Below, in pieces: positions 60,940-64,000 of a stretch of DNA of 64,000 nt. How positions within the stretch are numbered: the first letter of the stretch is position 1; each line of letters starts with the position of its first letter. Under the pieces are notes generated by a model. That model did not search any database. It saw only the letters and a list, made by a program, of their open reading frames with translations, and was not told where the DNA came from. The stretch comes from Camelus ferus (Eukaryota): the NCBI RefSeq assembly GCF_009834535.1, contig NC_045697.1, forward strand, positions 73,162,001 to 73,226,000, written 5' to 3'. Position numbers and translations under genes: made by a program.

Positions 60940-62800
60940 ATAGTTTCTACTCCTTTCTGATGTTTCCCTTTACAGCAAACTTTATAAAAGGTTTACCATG
61001 AAATCACTGTCTACACTTCCTGGTTTCTCAGTCTAACTGCAGCTCACTTCAATTGGGTTTTCACTGGCCCCACTTCACTGAGACTTTGCCAAGATTCCTA
61101 CTTACCTCCGTTCTGCCAAATCTCATGTTTTTAACTCATCTTATTATCCTCTCAAACGTATCTGAGACCTGTTCTTCCAGAAACACTCTGTCCTTTGGTC
61201 TTGTTCTGTCATATCATGTCACTCTGATTGTCTTCCTCCGTCCCTGACCACTCTTTCTTGGTTCCTCATTTTCTTCTTTTACTCTTCATTTTTGCAGTGC
61301 CCCATGGCTGTGTCTCTTTTTCTCTTGAGATGTAGCCTCGCTTGATGACTGAATCTAGACCTGTGGATTTGAAGAGCATCTCCATACTTAACAATTCCCA
61401 AGTCTAAACCTACAAATCTGAGCTCTCCCTAGAACTTCAGAAATTTACAGATCCAACTCATTACCTGACATAACCACAGGGATGTAAACTAGCATCATGG
61501 TCTCAAAACTCCTTATTTACCCCATCAAATCTATTTTCACTCTTCTCTAGCTCTGTGAGTGGCATCAAAACCAGCCCAGTTGTGCAAGGTTAACATTTAT
61601 GCATTTTCCTTGACAGTTATCTTTATATCACTCCCTAAAGCCAATTAATGAACAATTTCTGTTGTTTTAATTCCCCCCAAAAAAACCCCAAGCCCATTTA
61701 CCTCATTTTGTATCTACTACTAATACTTTTGTGCAAGCTACCATCATCTTTCATTTAAATTACTGTAATTAACTTATAACAGACTAGTTTTGTTGTTCTT
61801 GCACCATAAGCCACTGTCCACACAGTAACGACAGAGCTTTAAAATCTTATGCAGTTATTGCAATCCCCTTACTTGCCAACCCCCAATGTTTTATGCATTA
61901 GTTTCTATTGCTGCTGTAATAAACAATCACAAACTTAGTGGATTAAAACAGCACAAATGTATTATCTTACTGTTCTGGGTGAGAAGTCTTAACACCAATC
62001 TCCCCAGATTAAATCAAAATATAGGCAGGGCTACCTTCTTGTCTGGAGGCTCAGAAGGATCTCTGTTTCCTCACCCCTTCTCGCTTCTCAAGGCCATCCT
62101 CATTCTGTGGCTCATGGCCTCTTCCTCCATGTTCAGAGTCATCAGTTTTGTGTCTCTTTGCGCCTTTTTTTCATAGCCATATCTCCCTCTGTCTCTCTCC
62201 TTCTGCCTCCCTCTTCCACTTTCAAGGATGCTGGTGATTATACCACATAATGCAGGATTATTGCCCTATCTCAAGGTCAGCTGATTGGCAACCTCAATTC
62301 CATCTGCAACCTTAATTCCCTTTGCTATGAAATGTTAACATATTCCAGTCTGCAGGGATTAGGATGTGAACTTCTTTGAGGGTCCATTATTCTGCCTCAC
62401 ATACCTTGCATTAGAATAAAATATAAAGTTTTTACTCCAGCTTCTAAAACCTTACTCTATTTAGGATTCTCTCACTAACTCCAGATTCTACCCCTCCACA
62501 CTACTAACCCAGCCACATCATCTTTCCATCTATTCTTCAGGCAGGACAAACACAATCCACCCTCGGCCCTCCACCATCTGCACTAGCTGTTTTCCTGGTT
62601 GTATGCCCTACTCTATCTTCACATAGCTGGCTCCTTCTTATTGTTTAAATCTCACTTTAAATTCTGCTTTTTCAGAGGTAGTTTACTAAACCAACACATT
62701 TGAAGAAATTGTCCCTATTTTATCACACTATTAAATATAAATTCTTTATCAATCTCTATTTTTCTGATTTATGAATTTATTTTTGTGTCAATTTATTTTG
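60940..62800 (+). mobile_element. L2 LINE relic (interrupted by MLT1)
   Basis: L2 motifs (ccccacttcactgagactttgccaag; acaattcccaagtcta...tgagctctccctagaacttcag; gcattagaataaaatataaag). Confidence 0.7.
61893..62401 (-). mobile_element. MLT1 (MaLR) LTR
   Basis: tgcattagtttctattgctgctgtaataaacaatcacaaacttagtggattaaaacagcacaaatgtattatctt...ccattattctgcctcaca. Confidence 0.85.
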
Positions 62801-62815
62801 TGTAATTCTCTCAAT

Positions 62816-62832
62816 CACACACACACACACGT

Positions 62833-62863
<31 letters not shown>
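62816..62863. repeat. (CA)n microsatellite
   Basis: Interrupted CA run. Confidence 0.95.
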
Positions 62864-62865
<2 letters not shown>

Positions 62866-63099
62866 TCTATGCTCTAGTACAGGTGCTGGCAAACTTTTTT
62901 GTTAATTCAAAATTCCCCAGTGACACTCCATTGCCTGAGAATAGATTTCCAAGGGCCAGCATAAAAGGAATGATCTGTCTCTTGCCTAGCTCTCCAACAT
63001 ACTTTTTCTTTTCCTCTAAGTTCCAAAAGCACTCAGGTTCTTGTAATTTCTTACACATATCATCCATACCTTCTTCCTAAAATATTTATCTTCTTTACC

Positions 63100-63400
63100 T
63101 CTGTTCTTTTGCCTATTAACATCTACTTAATTTTAAAGCTGAGTTCAGAGGTCATCTCCCTCACAAAGCTTTCTCTGCTTATCTAGACCTTAAGGTGTCT
63201 TTCCCATTTACGCCTACAATACCCTGTGTATATTTTAGTCAGCGCTTTCCAATTGCATTACAATTTTCTGATTATAGATTTAATCCCAAAATAGCATCAA
63301 ACATGTTAAGGTTATAAATGGCACCTTACTTGTGTCTCTGACACCTAATCTATTTCTAGCCCATAATAGGTATAAATAAATGTGTGTTGAACTACTGTGG
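63100..63400 (+). mobile_element. L2 3' end fragment
   Basis: gctgagttcagaggtcatctccctcacaaagctttctctg...cataataggtataaataaatgtgtgttgaact. Confidence 0.65.
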
Positions 63401-64000
63401 ACTTGTTCCCTGTGCTCTGTTTCCTCGGGTCTTCTCTGTGGAGGTTTATCACACATTGGGGTCACTAGGAAGAGTCTGTGTCATCTACTCTTTCTGGTCT
63501 TCTTTTGGTTTTAAGTTGTTCTATTTCCACCCATGTGTATGAATATAAATTGAAATATAAGTATAAATAATAAAATCATAAATACGTATAATTTAACCCT
63601 CTTTAGTGAAGTCACCTCTGACTTTCTCTTTGTCTCCTGCTTCCACCCTCCCACTCCTGGCATCGCTGTAAGGAACTTCAAGAGCTGTATGAACATCATA
63701 GTATAAGTAGAAAAAGTAAAACCTTAGGACAAGAATTTGAGTTTAAAGTTACAAGGTAGACAAAGGAGAGAATGGAAAGAGTAAAAGGAGTGTTTACAAG
63801 CTAGCTACCACCACTGAATACTTAATACTGAAACTTAATTCCACTGAAGGCATTCTGGGATCCAGGGCAAAACACACACTGAGCCTTAACACCACTCGAG
63901 GGGTGAGGGAGCTGGTTCCTTGTTGGTTAAGAGCTCTGTGGAGAAGGGAGGGCATTAATTTCCCAGCATTTTCATCCTACCTCAGAGATAGCAAAGCAGG

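Noticed and set aside
1..64000. Prokaryote-type systems (CRISPR, operons, defence islands) or a novel multi-gene system
   Set aside because: The sequence is mammalian and dominated by TEs. There are no spaced repeat arrays, and the long ORFs are explained by L1 or ERV.

Overview
This is mammalian, repeat-rich intronic or intergenic DNA. It is most likely camelid, because it has two tRNA-Ala-derived Vic-1-type SINEs. I recognise no host protein-coding gene; there is one unassigned candidate exon (19979-20157). The main feature is a young full-length LINE-1 (32104-39243, + strand) with an 18-bp target-site duplication, a CpG-rich 5'UTR, an open ORF1, and an ORF2 broken by two 1-bp frameshifts and one stop. 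Its last ~70 nt carry a dense A-to-G cluster that removes the AATAAA signal. A 4.1-kb segment appears on both sides of a 100-N gap (25830-29913 and 30014-34089). By eye the copies differ only by eight 1-bp A-run deletions, which points to an assembly artefact. Other features are a degraded ERVL-type provirus whose integrase block is inverted relative to gag/pro and the LTRs, a related solo LTR, old L1, L2, MIR, L3/CR1, MaLR and DNA-transposon relics, and a (CA)10(CG)10 tract beside a CpG-rich patch. Repeat family names come from recalled consensus features, not from a database search. I find no support for a novel multi-gene system; the interesting signals concern retroelement history, assembly quality and possible regulatory elements.
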